Positions 36,835 to 51,484 are shown, counted from the first letter of the stretch. The stretch: DNA of 64,000 bases from Lytechinus pictus (GCF_037042905.1 NC_087252.1:12464001-12528000); one strand, 5' to 3'. Notes: a model not told the origin generated them from the letters alone. Numbers and translations are program-made.

Positions 36835-39017
36835 CTAGATTTTAATTCGTCATGCGGACGAATTAGGTGGTCTGTCGAGATTTTTCATTCATTGTCGGCT
36901 AATGTTGTATAAAATGAATCCCGTGAATGAATCATTGAGATATGATTGATAATCTTGATCATAGACATCAAAGGAATAAATTTTGATCATTGCTAAATGT
37001 GATTATAAATGTAGTGATGATAATCGTGATGATTATAATGATGGTGGTGATAATGCAATATGTTAAATACGAAATAAAGTTAGGAGCACGTAAAATGCCT
37101 TAAAAACTCCTTAAAAATCTCAGACGATTTTACCGAGATTGGCTTTCCAAAATTGCGCAATGAAAGGCGCCTTAATTTTCTAATCGACAGTTTGATGTTT
37201 TTTATGCAAAATCTTGTTAAAAATTCTTTGTACTTTGAGCCTTTTTTTTTTAGCTTTGAGCATTTTTTTTAAAGATTTGACCCACTGACATTTCACAATG
37301 TCAGTAGGTATTAATTTCACAGAATACTTGAAAATTCATAATTGATACTTTTTAAAAGCTAAAATATCTTAAATATTTTTGTTCAAATTTTCTGCTACAT
37401 TTCAATAGATTTTAATGGGAAGTTTCACAATGCTATAATTTCACAGCATTCACATCAAAACTCATCAGTGATGTATTTGATAAAAGAACCAAGTAGATTT
37501 TTTTTGGAAATGTTTGCCAAATTTCTGCAAATTTTTAAACATTTCAAATAATATTTTCCTTCAAAAATTTTCAATATCCATTTATTAATTGTGTACGACT
37601 TTGACATTTACTTGAAAATTCTTTCTTGATGATTTTTACTAAAAAAAGTCAGGTAAAAGATTCAAATACTGGCGATTTTCCCGCAAAATTTCGGGAACAT
37701 GTGTAATTAACCCAATTGCACAATTTTTTCATTTCACAGAAGGTACCTGAAAATTTGTTATATGTTTATATTAAGTAAAAATGAACAAACAGATAAAAAA
37801 TCCAGGAATTTCCGCAAAATGTCCAGAATAAAATTTGTCAACCCAATAACGTTTAAATATTGCTGCGTTTACTACAAAAATACATAAATGATGTTTTACA
37901 ATATTAAAATTGCCCTTTAAAAAGTTCCGGCAAAATTACAAAATATCTCCTACATAAGTAACCGCAAAGCAGGTGGGCTTAAAATTTTCAGGAAGACCGT
38001 ACAATTGATTAATGAAGCATTTTCTTTAAAAAATTCTCAAAAATTAGGTCCAGAAAAAAATAGCAAAAACTTAAACAAGTCATAACACACTGATGCTCTG
38101 GTCGAAAGTGAAAATTAGTCACACGTTATTTGTAGAGAATTGTCTTCACTACATCATATCAAAATTTGAGATAAAATCGACCACTAATAACGAAGATACA
38201 GCCAAATATAAACAAATACATTGATGAATTGCCGAAAAAACGTTTTTTAACTTCGATTGTAATTTTGATGTAATCACAAAATCTCCAAATGAGATATTGA
38301 CTATATCCAAGAGTGAGGAAAAATTGGGGGTCAATGGACTATTTAAAGAGCTACAGTGAATTTTTAATAGGCATGTTTTTGCCCATATATGGCCTATAGT
38401 AAGAGCTCTCGCGCACACGTGCTGCAAACTTTAACGGGTGTTAATTTCGTTATTAATGGTCGTAGAAGGTTGATCAAGGTATCAAATTGCTCAGAATTAT
38501 ATTATCAATGCAATGATATAAAAAACGGCGTTTCTGCGTTGCGTTGAAGGCGTTACGCGCGGAAACGCGCGCGCATACCTGTGCGTGCGCAAATTTTTGA
38601 AATGCTTAAAATGACCTGAAACGTACTTTACTTTGGTCAAAAAGTGATTTTGAGCATTTTAAAAATTTGACGAGCGCGTACGCGCGCGTCGTGACCTCCA
38701 GGTGACCTTTGATGACATGACCTGTTGACCCTTGACCTGAAGTTGATGTGATGTTAATTTGATTGATTTTTGATAATTGATAATGGAGATATGATCGGCA
38801 ATGTGATTTTACAAAATGGCGCCTGGATGACGTCATCATGACCTGATGACCTTGAAAAAGTAGATTTTTCTTGAAATCATAGGGCTTGATGACTGACAGA
38901 AATTTGAAGGAAATTGACCATGTCGATTTCGAGTGAACGTGTGTACAAAAAAGTGTACGGAAGAAATAAAAATTCTGGCGAAATTAATAGGTGATCTGTC
39001 GTTGACAGACCACCTAA
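36835..39017 (-). mobile_element. Long-variant HINE (L1), 2,183 bp, both termini present
   Basis: Same 3' terminus at 36835 and 5' hairpin ending at 39017; 36877-~38320 is an AT-rich segment absent from A units and homologous to 46801-~48225. Confidence 0.8.
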
Positions 39018-42000
39018 TAAAGAAGAAAGAATTGAGCTAGAGTATTTCCCATAGACTTTACACGTAAGGAAAATACGAGAATATCCAATCCAATTTTGCA
39101 AGTGAAATACGGGCATGATCCCGGCATCTGATCGAAAAGGTAGGTTGACATTTTCGAAAGCTTAGAATCTCAGCTACAATATACTAAAAGCTCAGGAAAA
39201 ACTGACAAGAAGAAATGGAGATATGGCTCACGAAATAGAGGAATGTCGAATCTAGTTTTGAGAAAAAACCATGTCCCATAGAGATTGCACGCAAAATGAG
39301 GAAAAATGACATGTCTTTATTATTTGCAATTTTTTAGGATGATCCGTTTATTAAAATGAAAATTAAAGGCAATAATTCAGAAAGAGTAAGACTTAGGCTA
39401 CAACATATCGAAAAATGGGAGAAAAATGATCAATATTCACGGAGTTATGATCAAATTTGCATATATTTGATGACGTCATTTTTGAAAAAATGAAATTTTC
39501 AGTTTAGGCGCAATTTTGATGACGTCATGATCAAATTGAGGGATAATGGTGACATGAAATCAAATCTACAACTCATACTCTATCGATATATGAAAAAAAA
39601 TTGGGGGTCAATGGACTATTTAAAGAGCTACAGTGAATTTTTAATAGGCATGTTTTTGCCCATATATGGCCTATAGTAAGAGCTCTCGCGCACACGTGCT
39701 GCAAACTTTAACGGGTGTTAATTTCGTTATTAATGGTCGTAGAAGGTTGATCAAGGTATCAAATTGCTCAGAATTATATTATCAATGCAATGATATAAAA
39801 AACGGCGTTTCTGCGTTGCGTTGAAGGCGTTACGCGCGGAAACGCGCGCGCATACCTGTGCGTGCGCAAATTTTTGAAATGCTTAAAATGACCTGAAACG
39901 TACTTTACTTTGGTCAAAAAGTGATTTTGAGCATTTTAAAAATTTGACGAGCGCGTACGCGCGCGTCGTGACCTCCAGGTGACCTTTGATGACATGACCT
40001 GTTGACCCTTGACCTGAAGTTGATGTGATGTTAATTTGATTGATTTTTGATAATTGATAATGGAGATATGATCGGCAATGTGATTTTACAAAATGGCGCC
40101 TGGATGACGTCATCATGACCTGATGACCTTGAAAAAGTAGATTTTTCTTGAAATCATAGGGCTTGATGACTGACAGAAATTTGAAGGAAATTGACCATGT
40201 CGATTTCGAGTGAACGTGTGTACAAAAAAGTGTACGGAAGAAATAAAAATTCTGGCGAAATTAATAGGTGATCTGTCGTTGACAGACCACCTAATAAAGA
40301 AGAAAGAATTGAGCTAGAGTATTTCCCATAGACTTTACACGTAAGGAAAATACGAGAATATCCAATCCAATTTTGCAAGTGAAATACGGGCATGATCCCG
40401 GCATCTGATCGAAAAGGTAGGTTGACATTTTCGAAAGCTTAGAATCTCAGCTACAATATACTAAAAGCTCAGGAAAAACTGACAAGAAGAAATGGAGATA
40501 TGGCTCACGAAATAGAGGAATGTCGAATCTAGTTTTGAGAAAAAACCATGTCCCATAGAGATTGCACGCAAAATGAGGAAAAATGACATGTCTTTATTAT
40601 TTGCAATTTTTTAGGATGATCCGTTTATTAAAATGAAAATTAAAGGCAATAATTCAGAAAGAGTAAGACTTAGGCTACAACATATCGAAAAATGGGAGAA
40701 AAATGATCAATATTCACGGAGTTATGATCAAATTTGCATATATTTGATGACGTCATTTTTGAAAAAATGAAATTTTCAGTTTAGGCGCAATTTTGATGAC
40801 GTCATGATCAAATTGAGGGATAATGGTGACATGAAATCAAATCTACAACTCATACTCTATCGATATATGAAAAAAAATTGGGGGTCAATGGACTATTTAA
40901 AGAGCTACAGTGAATTTTTAATAGGCATGTTTTTGCCCATATATGGCCTATAGTAAGAGCTCTCGCGCACACGTGCTGCAAACTTTAACGGGTGTTAATT
41001 TCGTTATTAATGGTCGTAGAAGGTTGATCAAGGTATCAAATTGCTCAGAATTATATTATCAATGCAATGATATAAAAAACGGCGTTTCTGCGTTGCGTTG
41101 AAGGCGTTACGCGCGGAAACGCGCGCGCATACCTGTGCGTGCGCAAATTTTTGAAATGCTTAAAATGACCTGAAACGTACTTTACTTTGGTCAAAAAGTG
41201 ATTTTGAGCATTTTAAAAATTTGACGAGCGCGTACGCGCGCGTCGTGACCTCCAGGTGACCTTTGATGACATGACCTGTTGACCCTTGACCTGAAGTTGA
41301 TGTGATGTTAATTTGATTGATTTTTGATAATTGATAATGGAGATATGATCGGCAATGTGATTTTACAAAATGGCGCCTGGATGACGTCATCATGACCTGA
41401 TGACCTTGAAAAAGTAGATTTTTCTTGAAATCATAGGGCTTGATGACTGACAGAAATTTGAAGGAAATTGACCATGTCGATTTCGAGTGAACGTGTGTAC
41501 AAAAAAGTGTACGGAAGAAATAAAAATTCTGGCGAAATTAATAGGTGATCTGTCGTTGACAGACCACCTAATAAAGAAGAAAGAATTGAGCTAGAGTATT
41601 TCCCATAGACTTTACACGTAAGGAAAATACGAGAATATCCAATCCAATTTTGCAAGTGAAATACGGGCATGATCCCGGCATCTGATCGAAAAGGTAGGTT
41701 GACATTTTCGAAAGCTTAGAATCTCAGCTACAATATACTAAAAGCTCAGGAAAAACTGACAAGAAGAAATGGAGATATGGCTCACGAAATAGAGGAATGT
41801 CGAATCTAGTTTTGAGAAAAAACCATGTCCCATAGAGATTGCACGCAAAATGAGGAAAAATGACATGTCTTTATTATTTGCAATTTTTTAGGATGATCCG
41901 TTTATTAAAATGAAAATTAAAGGCAATAATTCAGAAAGAGTAAGACTTAGGCTACAACATATCGAAAAATGGGAGAAAAATGATCAATATTCACGGAGTT

Positions 42001-45000
42001 ATGATCAAATTTGCATATATTTGATGACGTCATTTTTGAAAAAATGAAATTTTCAGTTTAGGCGCAATTTTGATGACGTCATGATCAAATTGAGGGATAA
42101 TGGTGACATGAAATCAAATCTACAACTCATACTCTATCGATATATGAAAAAAAATTGGGGGTCAATGGACTATTTAAAGAGCTACAGTGAATTTTTAATA
42201 GGCATGTTTTTGCCCATATATGGCCTATAGTAAGAGCTCTCGCGCACACGTGCTGCAAACTTTAACGGGTGTTAATTTCGTTATTAATGGTCGTAGAAGG
42301 TTGATCAAGGTATCAAATTGCTCAGAATTATATTATCAATGCAATGATATAAAAAACGGCGTTTCTGCGTTGCGTTGAAGGCGTTACGCGCGGAAACGCG
42401 CGCGCATACCTGTGCGTGCGCAAATTTTTGAAATGCTTAAAATGACCTGAAACGTACTTTACTTTGGTCAAAAAGTGATTTTGAGCATTTTAAAAATTTG
42501 ACGAGCGCGTACGCGCGCGTCGTGACCTCCAGGTGACCTTTGATGACATGACCTGTTGACCCTTGACCTGAAGTTGATGTGATGTTAATTTGATTGATTT
42601 TTGATAATTGATAATGGAGATATGATCGGCAATGTGATTTTACAAAATGGCGCCTGGATGACGTCATCATGACCTGATGACCTTGAAAAAGTAGATTTTT
42701 CTTGAAATCATAGGGCTTGATGACTGACAGAAATTTGAAGGAAATTGACCATGTCGATTTCGAGTGAACGTGTGTACAAAAAAGTGTACGGAAGAAATAA
42801 AAATTCTGGCGAAATTAATAGGTGATCTGTCGTTGACAGACCACCTAATAAAGAAGAAAGAATTGAGCTAGAGTATTTCCCATAGACTTTACACGTAAGG
42901 AAAATACGAGAATATCCAATCCAATTTTGCAAGTGAAATACGGGCATGATCCCGGCATCTGATCGAAAAGGTAGGTTGACATTTTCGAAAGCTTAGAATC
43001 TCAGCTACAATATACTAAAAGCTCAGGAAAAACTGACAAGAAGAAATGGAGATATGGCTCACGAAATAGAGGAATGTCGAATCTAGTTTTGAGAAAAAAC
43101 CATGTCCCATAGAGATTGCACGCAAAATGAGGAAAAATGACATGTCTTTATTATTTGCAATTTTTTAGGATGATCCGTTTATTAAAATGAAAATTAAAGG
43201 CAATAATTCAGAAAGAGTAAGACTTAGGCTACAACATATCGAAAAATGGGAGAAAAATGATCAATATTCACGGAGTTATGATCAAATTTGCATATATTTG
43301 ATGACGTCATTTTTGAAAAAATGAAATTTTCAGTTTAGGCGCAATTTTGATGACGTCATGATCAAATTGAGGGATAATGGTGACATGAAATCAAATCTAC
43401 AACTCATACTCTATCGATATATGAAAAAAAATTGGGGGTCAATGGACTATTTAAAGAGCTACAGTGAATTTTTAATAGGCATGTTTTTGCCCATATATGG
43501 CCTATAGTAAGAGCTCTCGCGCACACGTGCTGCAAACTTTAACGGGTGTTAATTTCGTTATTAATGGTCGTAGAAGGTTGATCAAGGTATCAAATTGCTC
43601 AGAATTATATTATCAATGCAATGATATAAAAAACGGCGTTTCTGCGTTGCGTTGAAGGCGTTACGCGCGGAAACGCGCGCGCATACCTGTGCGTGCGCAA
43701 ATTTTTGAAATGCTTAAAATGACCTGAAACGTACTTTACTTTGGTCAAAAAGTGATTTTGAGCATTTTAAAAATTTGACGAGCGCGTACGCGCGCGTCGT
43801 GACCTCCAGGTGACCTTTGATGACATGACCTGTTGACCCTTGACCTGAAGTTGATGTGATGTTAATTTGATTGATTTTTGATAATTGATAATGGAGATAT
43901 GATCGGCAATGTGATTTTACAAAATGGCGCCTGGATGACGTCATCATGACCTGATGACCTTGAAAAAGTAGATTTTTCTTGAAATCATAGGGCTTGATGA
44001 CTGACAGAAATTTGAAGGAAATTGACCATGTCGATTTCGAGTGAACGTGTGTACAAAAAAGTGTACGGAAGAAATAAAAATTCTGGCGAAATTAATAGGT
44101 GATCTGTCGTTGACAGACCACCTAATAAAGAAGAAAGAATTGAGCTAGAGTATTTCCCATAGACTTTACACGTAAGGAAAATACGAGAATATCCAATCCA
44201 ATTTTGCAAGTGAAATACGGGCATGATCCCGGCATCTGATCGAAAAGGTAGGTTGACATTTTCGAAAGCTTAGAATCTCAGCTACAATATACTAAAAGCT
44301 CAGGAAAAACTGACAAGAAGAAATGGAGATATGGCTCACGAAATAGAGGAATGTCGAATCTAGTTTTGAGAAAAAACCATGTCCCATAGAGATTGCACGC
44401 AAAATGAGGAAAAATGACATGTCTTTATTATTTGCAATTTTTTAGGATGATCCGTTTATTAAAATGAAAATTAAAGGCAATAATTCAGAAAGAGTAAGAC
44501 TTAGGCTACAACATATCGAAAAATGGGAGAAAAATGATCAATATTCACGGAGTTATGATCAAATTTGCATATATTTGATGACGTCATTTTTGAAAAAATG
44601 AAATTTTCAGTTTAGGCGCAATTTTGATGACGTCATGATCAAATTGAGGGATAATGGTGACATGAAATCAAATCTACAACTCATACTCTATCGATATATG
44701 AAAAAAAATTGGGGGTCAATGGACTATTTAAAGAGCTACAGTGAATTTTTAATAGGCATGTTTTTGCCCATATATGGCCTATAGTAAGAGCTCTCGCGCA
44801 CACGTGCTGCAAACTTTAACGGGTGTTAATTTCGTTATTAATGGTCGTAGAAGGTTGATCAAGGTATCAAATTGCTCAGAATTATATTATCAATGCAATG
44901 ATATAAAAAACGGCGTTTCTGCGTTGCGTTGAAGGCGTTACGCGCGGAAACGCGCGCGCATACCTGTGCGTGCGCAAATTTTTGAAATGCTTAAAATGAC

Positions 45001-46679
45001 CTGAAACGTACTTTACTTTGGTCAAAAAGTGATTTTGAGCATTTTAAAAATTTGACGAGCGCGTACGCGCGCGTCGTGACCTCCAGGTGACCTTTGATGA
45101 CATGACCTGTTGACCCTTGACCTGAAGTTGATGTGATGTTAATTTGATTGATTTTTGATAATTGATAATGGAGATATGATCGGCAATGTGATTTTACAAA
45201 ATGGCGCCTGGATGACGTCATCATGACCTGATGACCTTGAAAAAGTAGATTTTTCTTGAAATCATAGGGCTTGATGACTGACAGAAATTTGAAGGAAATT
45301 GACCATGTCGATTTCGAGTGAACGTGTGTACAAAAAAGTGTACGGAAGAAATAAAAATTCTGGCGAAATTAATAGGTGATCTGTCGTTGACAGACCACCT
45401 AATAAAGAAGAAAGAATTGAGCTAGAGTATTTCCCATAGACTTTACACGTAAGGAAAATACGAGAATATCCAATCCAATTTTGCAAGTGAAATACGGGCA
45501 TGATCCCGGCATCTGATCGAAAAGGTAGGTTGACATTTTCGAAAGCTTAGAATCTCAGCTACAATATACTAAAAGCTCAGGAAAAACTGACAAGAAGAAA
45601 TGGAGATATGGCTCACGAAATAGAGGAATGTCGAATCTAGTTTTGAGAAAAAACCATGTCCCATAGAGATTGCACGCAAAATGAGGAAAAATGACATGTC
45701 TTTATTATTTGCAATTTTTTAGGATGATCCGTTTATTAAAATGAAAATTAAAGGCAATAATTCAGAAAGAGTAAGACTTAGGCTACAACATATCGAAAAA
45801 TGGGAGAAAAATGATCAATATTCACGGAGTTATGATCAAATTTGCATATATTTGATGACGTCATTTTTGAAAAAATGAAATTTTCAGTTTAGGCGCAATT
45901 TTGATGACGTCATGATCAAATTGAGGGATAATGGTGACATGAAATCAAATCTACAACTCATACTCTATCGATATATGAAAAAAAATTGGGGGTCAATGGA
46001 CTATTTAAAGAGCTACAGTGAATTTTTAATAGGCATGTTTTTGCCCATATATGGCCTATAGTAAGAGCTCTCGCGCACACGTGCTGCAAACTTTAACGGG
46101 TGTTAATTTCGTTATTAATGGTCGTAGAAGGTTGATCAAGGTATCAAATTGCTCAGAATTATATTATCAATGCAATGATATAAAAAACGGCGTTTCTGCG
46201 TTGCGTTGAAGGCGTTACGCGCGGAAACGCGCGCGCATACCTGTGCGTGCGCAAATTTTTGAAATGCTTAAAATGACCTGAAACGTACTTTACTTTGGTC
46301 AAAAAGTGATTTTGAGCATTTTAAAAATTTGACGAGCGCGTACGCGCGCGTCGTGACCTCCAGGTGACCTTTGATGACATGACCTGTTGACCCTTGACCT
46401 GAAGTTGATGTGATGTTAATTTGATTGATTTTTGATAATTGATAATGGAGATATGATCGGCAATGTGATTTTACAAAATGGCGCCTGGATGACGTCATCA
46501 TGACCTGATGACCTTGAAAAAGTAGATTTTTCTTGAAATCATAGGGCTTGATGACTGACAGAAATTTGAAGGAAATTGACCATGTCGATTTCGAGTGAAC
46601 GTGTGTACAAAAAAGTGTACGGAAGAAATAAAAATTCTGGCGAAATTAATAGGTGATCTGTCGTTGACAGACCACCTAA
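38320..46679 (-). repeat. Array B: homogeneous 1,277-bp tandem repeat (~6.5 periods) of 3'-truncated HINE units
   Basis: Identical ORFs recur at 38606, 39883, 41160, 42437, 43714, 44991 and 46268. 5' hairpins end at 39017, 40294, 41571, 42848, 44125, 45402 and 46679. No 3' hairpin/CTAG terminus and no complete tRNA cassette. Confidence 0.97.
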
Positions 46680-46751
46680 TAAATAAAGAAGAATAAAGAA
46701 AGAAAATTCTGGCGAAATCAATAGGTGATCTGTCGTTGACAGACCACCTAA
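46680..46751 (-). mobile_element. Displaced A-type HINE 5' end (microsatellite plus subTIR hairpin)
   Basis: 'aaagaaagaaaattctggcgaaatCaataggtgatc...' matches the A-type ends at 26600-26655 and 30905-30960, not the B-type 'gaaatTaatagg'. Confidence 0.85.
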
Positions 46752-46758
46752 TAAAGAA

Positions 46759-48891
46759 CTAGATTTTAATTCGTCATGCGGACGAATTAGGTGGTCTGTC
46801 ATGATTTTTCATTCATTGTCGGCTAATGTTGTATAAAATGAATCCCGGGAATGAATCATTCAGATATGATTGATAATCTTGATCATAGACATCAAAGGAA
46901 TAAATTTTGACCATTGCTAAATGTGATTATAAATGTAGTGATGACAATCGTGATGATTATAATGATGGTGGTGATAATGCAATATGTTAAATACGAAATA
47001 AAGTTAAGAGCACGTAAAATGCCGGCTTAAAAACTCTCCAAAAATCTCAGACGATTTTACCGAAATAGGCTTTCCAAAATTGCGCAATGAAAGGCGCCTT
47101 AATTTTCACAGCAGCTAATTTTTAATCGACAGTTTGATGTTTTTTATGCAAAATCTTGTTAAAATTTCTTTTTACTTTGAGCATTTTTTTTTTAATTTCA
47201 CCCACTGACATTTCACAATGTCAGTGGGTATTAATTTCACAGAATACTTGAAAATTCATAGGTGATACTTTTTAAAAGCTAAAATATCTTAAATATTTTT
47301 GTTCAAATTTTCTGCTACATTTCAATAGATTTTAATGAGAAGTTTCATAATGCTATAATTTCACAGCATTCACATCAAAACTCATCAGTGATGTATTTGA
47401 TAAAAGAACCAGATTTTTTTGTAAATGTTTGCCAAATTTCTGAAAATTTTTAAACATTTCAAATAATATTTTCCGTCAAAAATTTTCAATATCCATTTAA
47501 TTGTGTATGACTTTGACATTTACTTGAAAATTATTTCTTGATGATTTTTACTGAAAAAAGTCAGGTAAAAGATTCAAATACTGGCAATTTTCCCGCAAAA
47601 TTTCGGGAACATGTGTAATTAACTAAATTGCACAATTTTTTCATTTCACAGAAGGTACCTGAAAATTTGTTATATGTTATATTAAGTAAAAATGAACAAA
47701 CGGAAAAAAATCCAGGAATTTCCGCAAAATGTCCGGAATGAAAATTTTCAACCCAATAGCGTTTAAATATTGCAGCGTTTACTAAAAAATACATAAATGA
47801 TGTTTTACAATGTTAAAATTGCCCCTTAAAAAGTTCCGGCAAAATTACAAAAATTGTCCTACATAAAAAAATGCAATGCAAGTGGGCTTGAAATTTTCAG
47901 GAAGACTGTACAATTGGTTAATAAAACATTTCTCCAAAGAATTTCGCAAAAATTACGTCCAGAAAAAATTTGCCAAAAATTAAACACATCATAACACATT
48001 GATGCTGTGGTCAAAAGTCAAAATTATTCACACGTTATTTGTAGAGAATTATCTTCACTACATGATATCAAAATTTGAGAGAAAACTGACCAGTAATAAA
48101 GAAGATACAGTCAAGTACGTTGACGTATGTTGCGAAAATATGTAATTTTCACTGATAACTTAATATTAACGTAATTATGAAATCTTCAAATGAGATATTG
48201 ATTATATCAAAGAGTGAGAAAAAATTTGGGGTCAACGGACTCCCTGAAGAGCTACAGTGAATTTTATATAGGCATATTTTAGCCCATTTACGCGCGCGTA
48301 ATGCAAATTTGAATGGACGCGCATTCCCGTATTATTGGTCGTAAGAGGCTGAATGAGGTATCAAATTAATCAGAAGACAATGGACAATGGAAAGACATGA
48401 AAGAAATGATGACTCGAAGATGCATAACGATGGTAGGTGCAAGAACGCGCACGCATACCTGTGCGCGCGCAAATTCTTGACATGCTCAAAATGACCAGAA
48501 ACGTACCCAAACTTGACCACGGTCGATTTGGGGAAATTTAAAATTTTGACGCGCGCGTACGTGCGCGTCGTGACCTTTGCATGACCTCTGATGATATGTC
48601 CTGATGACCTGTCACCTGAACTTGATATGATGCAAATATGGATGATTTTTGATGATTAGTTGCGATGATATGATCAATCATTTAATTTTACAAAATGGCG
48701 CCTAGATGACGTCATCATGATTTGATAACCTTGAAAAGCTTCCATTCCCATGTCTATAATGATGCCCATACATGACATGAAAATCAAGGAAATTGACATG
48801 CCCGATTTTGAGATAGAGGTGGACAAAGATTTGGCAATAAAAATAAATAAAGTAAATTCTGACGAATATAATAGGTGATCTGTCATCTTAA
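46759..48891 (-). mobile_element. Long-variant HINE (L2) with C-type core; its 5' hairpin is split by the piggyBac-like insertion and resumes at 54572
   Basis: 3' terminus at 46759; long segment homologous to L1; from ~48225 it matches the array C units. Confidence 0.8.
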
Positions 48892-51452
48892 CCCTTTGCG
48901 TGCGGGCCCGTGAAACCGGATACCCCTCCCTGCGGCGGAGCTGTTTTTGTACATTGCTGGTATTTGGATCTGTGGCGGTGTTTTCCTAATCTATTGCTAA
49001 TTGCGCCAAACTGAAGTATTTTCAGGATTTTTAGTAAATGTAAAGATGAAAGATCAGACATTTTTCTTTCTAGAACTAAAGGTCTCGCTTCAGAAACCAA
49101 CAGAATAGTTAAGAAATTTATGAGGAAAAAGTTCTGTTATTTTGCCAAATCTTCGCTTTTTCCCAAGTCAATAGGCACTGTGTACAAAAATGCGTAAGGG
49201 CAATCAGCACGCGCGGACAAGTCGGGTTCGATCGATACCGCTTTGTTGTCTGCTCTGGTGCTTTTTTTCGGCATTGCCTATTGTCTCGCTCCTCATGAAT
49301 GGTCTCTTAACCCCCTTGTATACAGATCATTTGCAAAGTGAATAATTACGACGATAATCCGTTTTGGGTGAAATCACAGCATACCAAATACCTTTATTTT
49401 CCAGAATGAATAAAAAAGGGTGAATGTTCCCTTGCAAGTACAATGATGATGCTGCGCAACGAAAGTCCCAAACTATTTTGTGATTTTTGGCTTCTGGGCT
49501 TTAAGACGGTGGCCTCAATGTTTTACTAAAATCGCCTTTTGTTTCTCCTTTAATTAATTATAGTTTGTAATAAAAAGATTATTTTGTTCCTGAAGATTGC
49601 ATACCAGTCTTCGATTTGTTTTCCTGTTGCAATTTCAAAGAGCGAAGGAGGTAAATGTGACTCAAATAGTGGATCTGAAATCATACCTCCCAACGCTCTC
49701 CTCGTCTTGTTCTACGTTTCATTTTTCTATCTCCCTTTTCCCTCCAAAATAACCATGCTACCGATTACTGTTCGTCACAATGAGAGAAAGTAAATTATTT
49801 TTATCTATTGAAATTGTAGCATCTGAATTAAATATATTTATACATCTTTTTCAAATATTTGGGTGTTGATTCTCACCAGGGTTAGCGCCCCCCCCCAAAA
49901 AAAAAAGGTCAACCTGTCTTTTTTTTTTCTTTATATGGATCCTTTTCTGCTACGCTATTCGCCAGAAAAACAAAAGAAAACAAAAAGAAGAAAGAAACTG
50001 GCGAAAAAAATTAATAACATTTTTAGGGGGAGGGTTAGGTGTAAGATTAAGAGGGGTTTGTCGGGACACGTCAAACAAACATGTTTTTTTTTAGGTGGAT
50101 GCCTCAACGTAAATTCTTATTCTATTTCCTTAATTTCCGGCGAGGAAACTTTTAGTTCATTGTTAGTTTTAGCGTTTGAACTGATTATGCTTTTGTCGAA
50201 TTTTCAATGCAAAAAATTTCACCTGCTTGGGAGAGAAAGAGAGAATGAGATGAAATTCTTCCAAAACCTAACATGACAAATTCATTCTATAAAATGGCGT
50301 GAGTTACAAATTGAGGTGAGGGACTAGTATTCTATAATTCTTTATAAGTAAATATTCATGAAATAGCAAAAGCGCACATTATGGTTTACATTATACCTTT
50401 TTGGTCCATTTCCTCTTTTTGCCCTTCCATCCTTTCTGTCGTTTTATCATTCTCCTATACATGTATCTCGATTTGCATTTTCTATTCTTTTTTTTTAATC
50501 TCACTTGCATCTTCTTCCATCCCTCTATGTATCATCACCCAGGGGAAATTGTATTTTTTGTGAAGAAAGCACTGTCATGCTCAAGAAGAAAATGTTCTTG
50601 CCATGTCTTAAGCGCCTGCCATGTTTTGTCAATAAATGAGTAAACATTTATTTTTTTAATGTTACTGTCCTAATATGAAAAGCAGTAAGAGCTTTTTGTA
50701 TTGCTAAATACGAGAAGCATTCAGCAGGTCATCCTGACGAAATATACTAATCTTCCTTTTATTCAGGGCGTTGGCTATTTGTCCCCTGCTCTTTTTATAA
50801 GGAATTTGTTTGAGCGTCCGCCATGACTTTCTTTTTGTTTGGGGAGTGCCGAGATCAAGAACTACATGGACGTTTTTCATTTTCAAAAGAGCAGAGGATA
50901 AACGGTGTGCTAAATTCCTTTTTTTTCTGTTTGTTTCCTTTGAAATAGAAGACAAAAATAAGAGCAATATAGGATGAGAGAACGAGAGAAAGCGGAGGGG
51001 GGGGGGGTTCAAATATAAACCAGGGGCCCGTTTTATATAAAATTTGTTTAAAAATTTTCAATAACACTTGAAAGCTACTGAAATCCTTCTATTCGACTGG
51101 CGGATGGTAAATTTGTTTAAATTATTGCGCATTTGTCAATATAAAATGTACATGTATAATGTATTTATAAAACGGTGCCAATTAGGGATTTCCTCGTTTT
51201 CCCTTTCTCTGGTTTCTAACCTGTAACCGAATGTATTATCTACAGCTTTCATTTCCTTATATCTATCGTCTTTCTATATCCCCTCCCTTCTACACCGTTT
51301 TTTCTCTTAGTTCTTCTCATTTAAATTATATCTGTATCGTCTTCCTTCTTCCCGATTTGGATTACGAGGTATATACCCGCCCCCATCCCCCTCAATCCTT
51401 TCTGATTTTTTCTTCTCAGTACCTGTCATTTTACATTACATCTAACGTCTCC

Positions 51453-51484
<32 letters not shown>

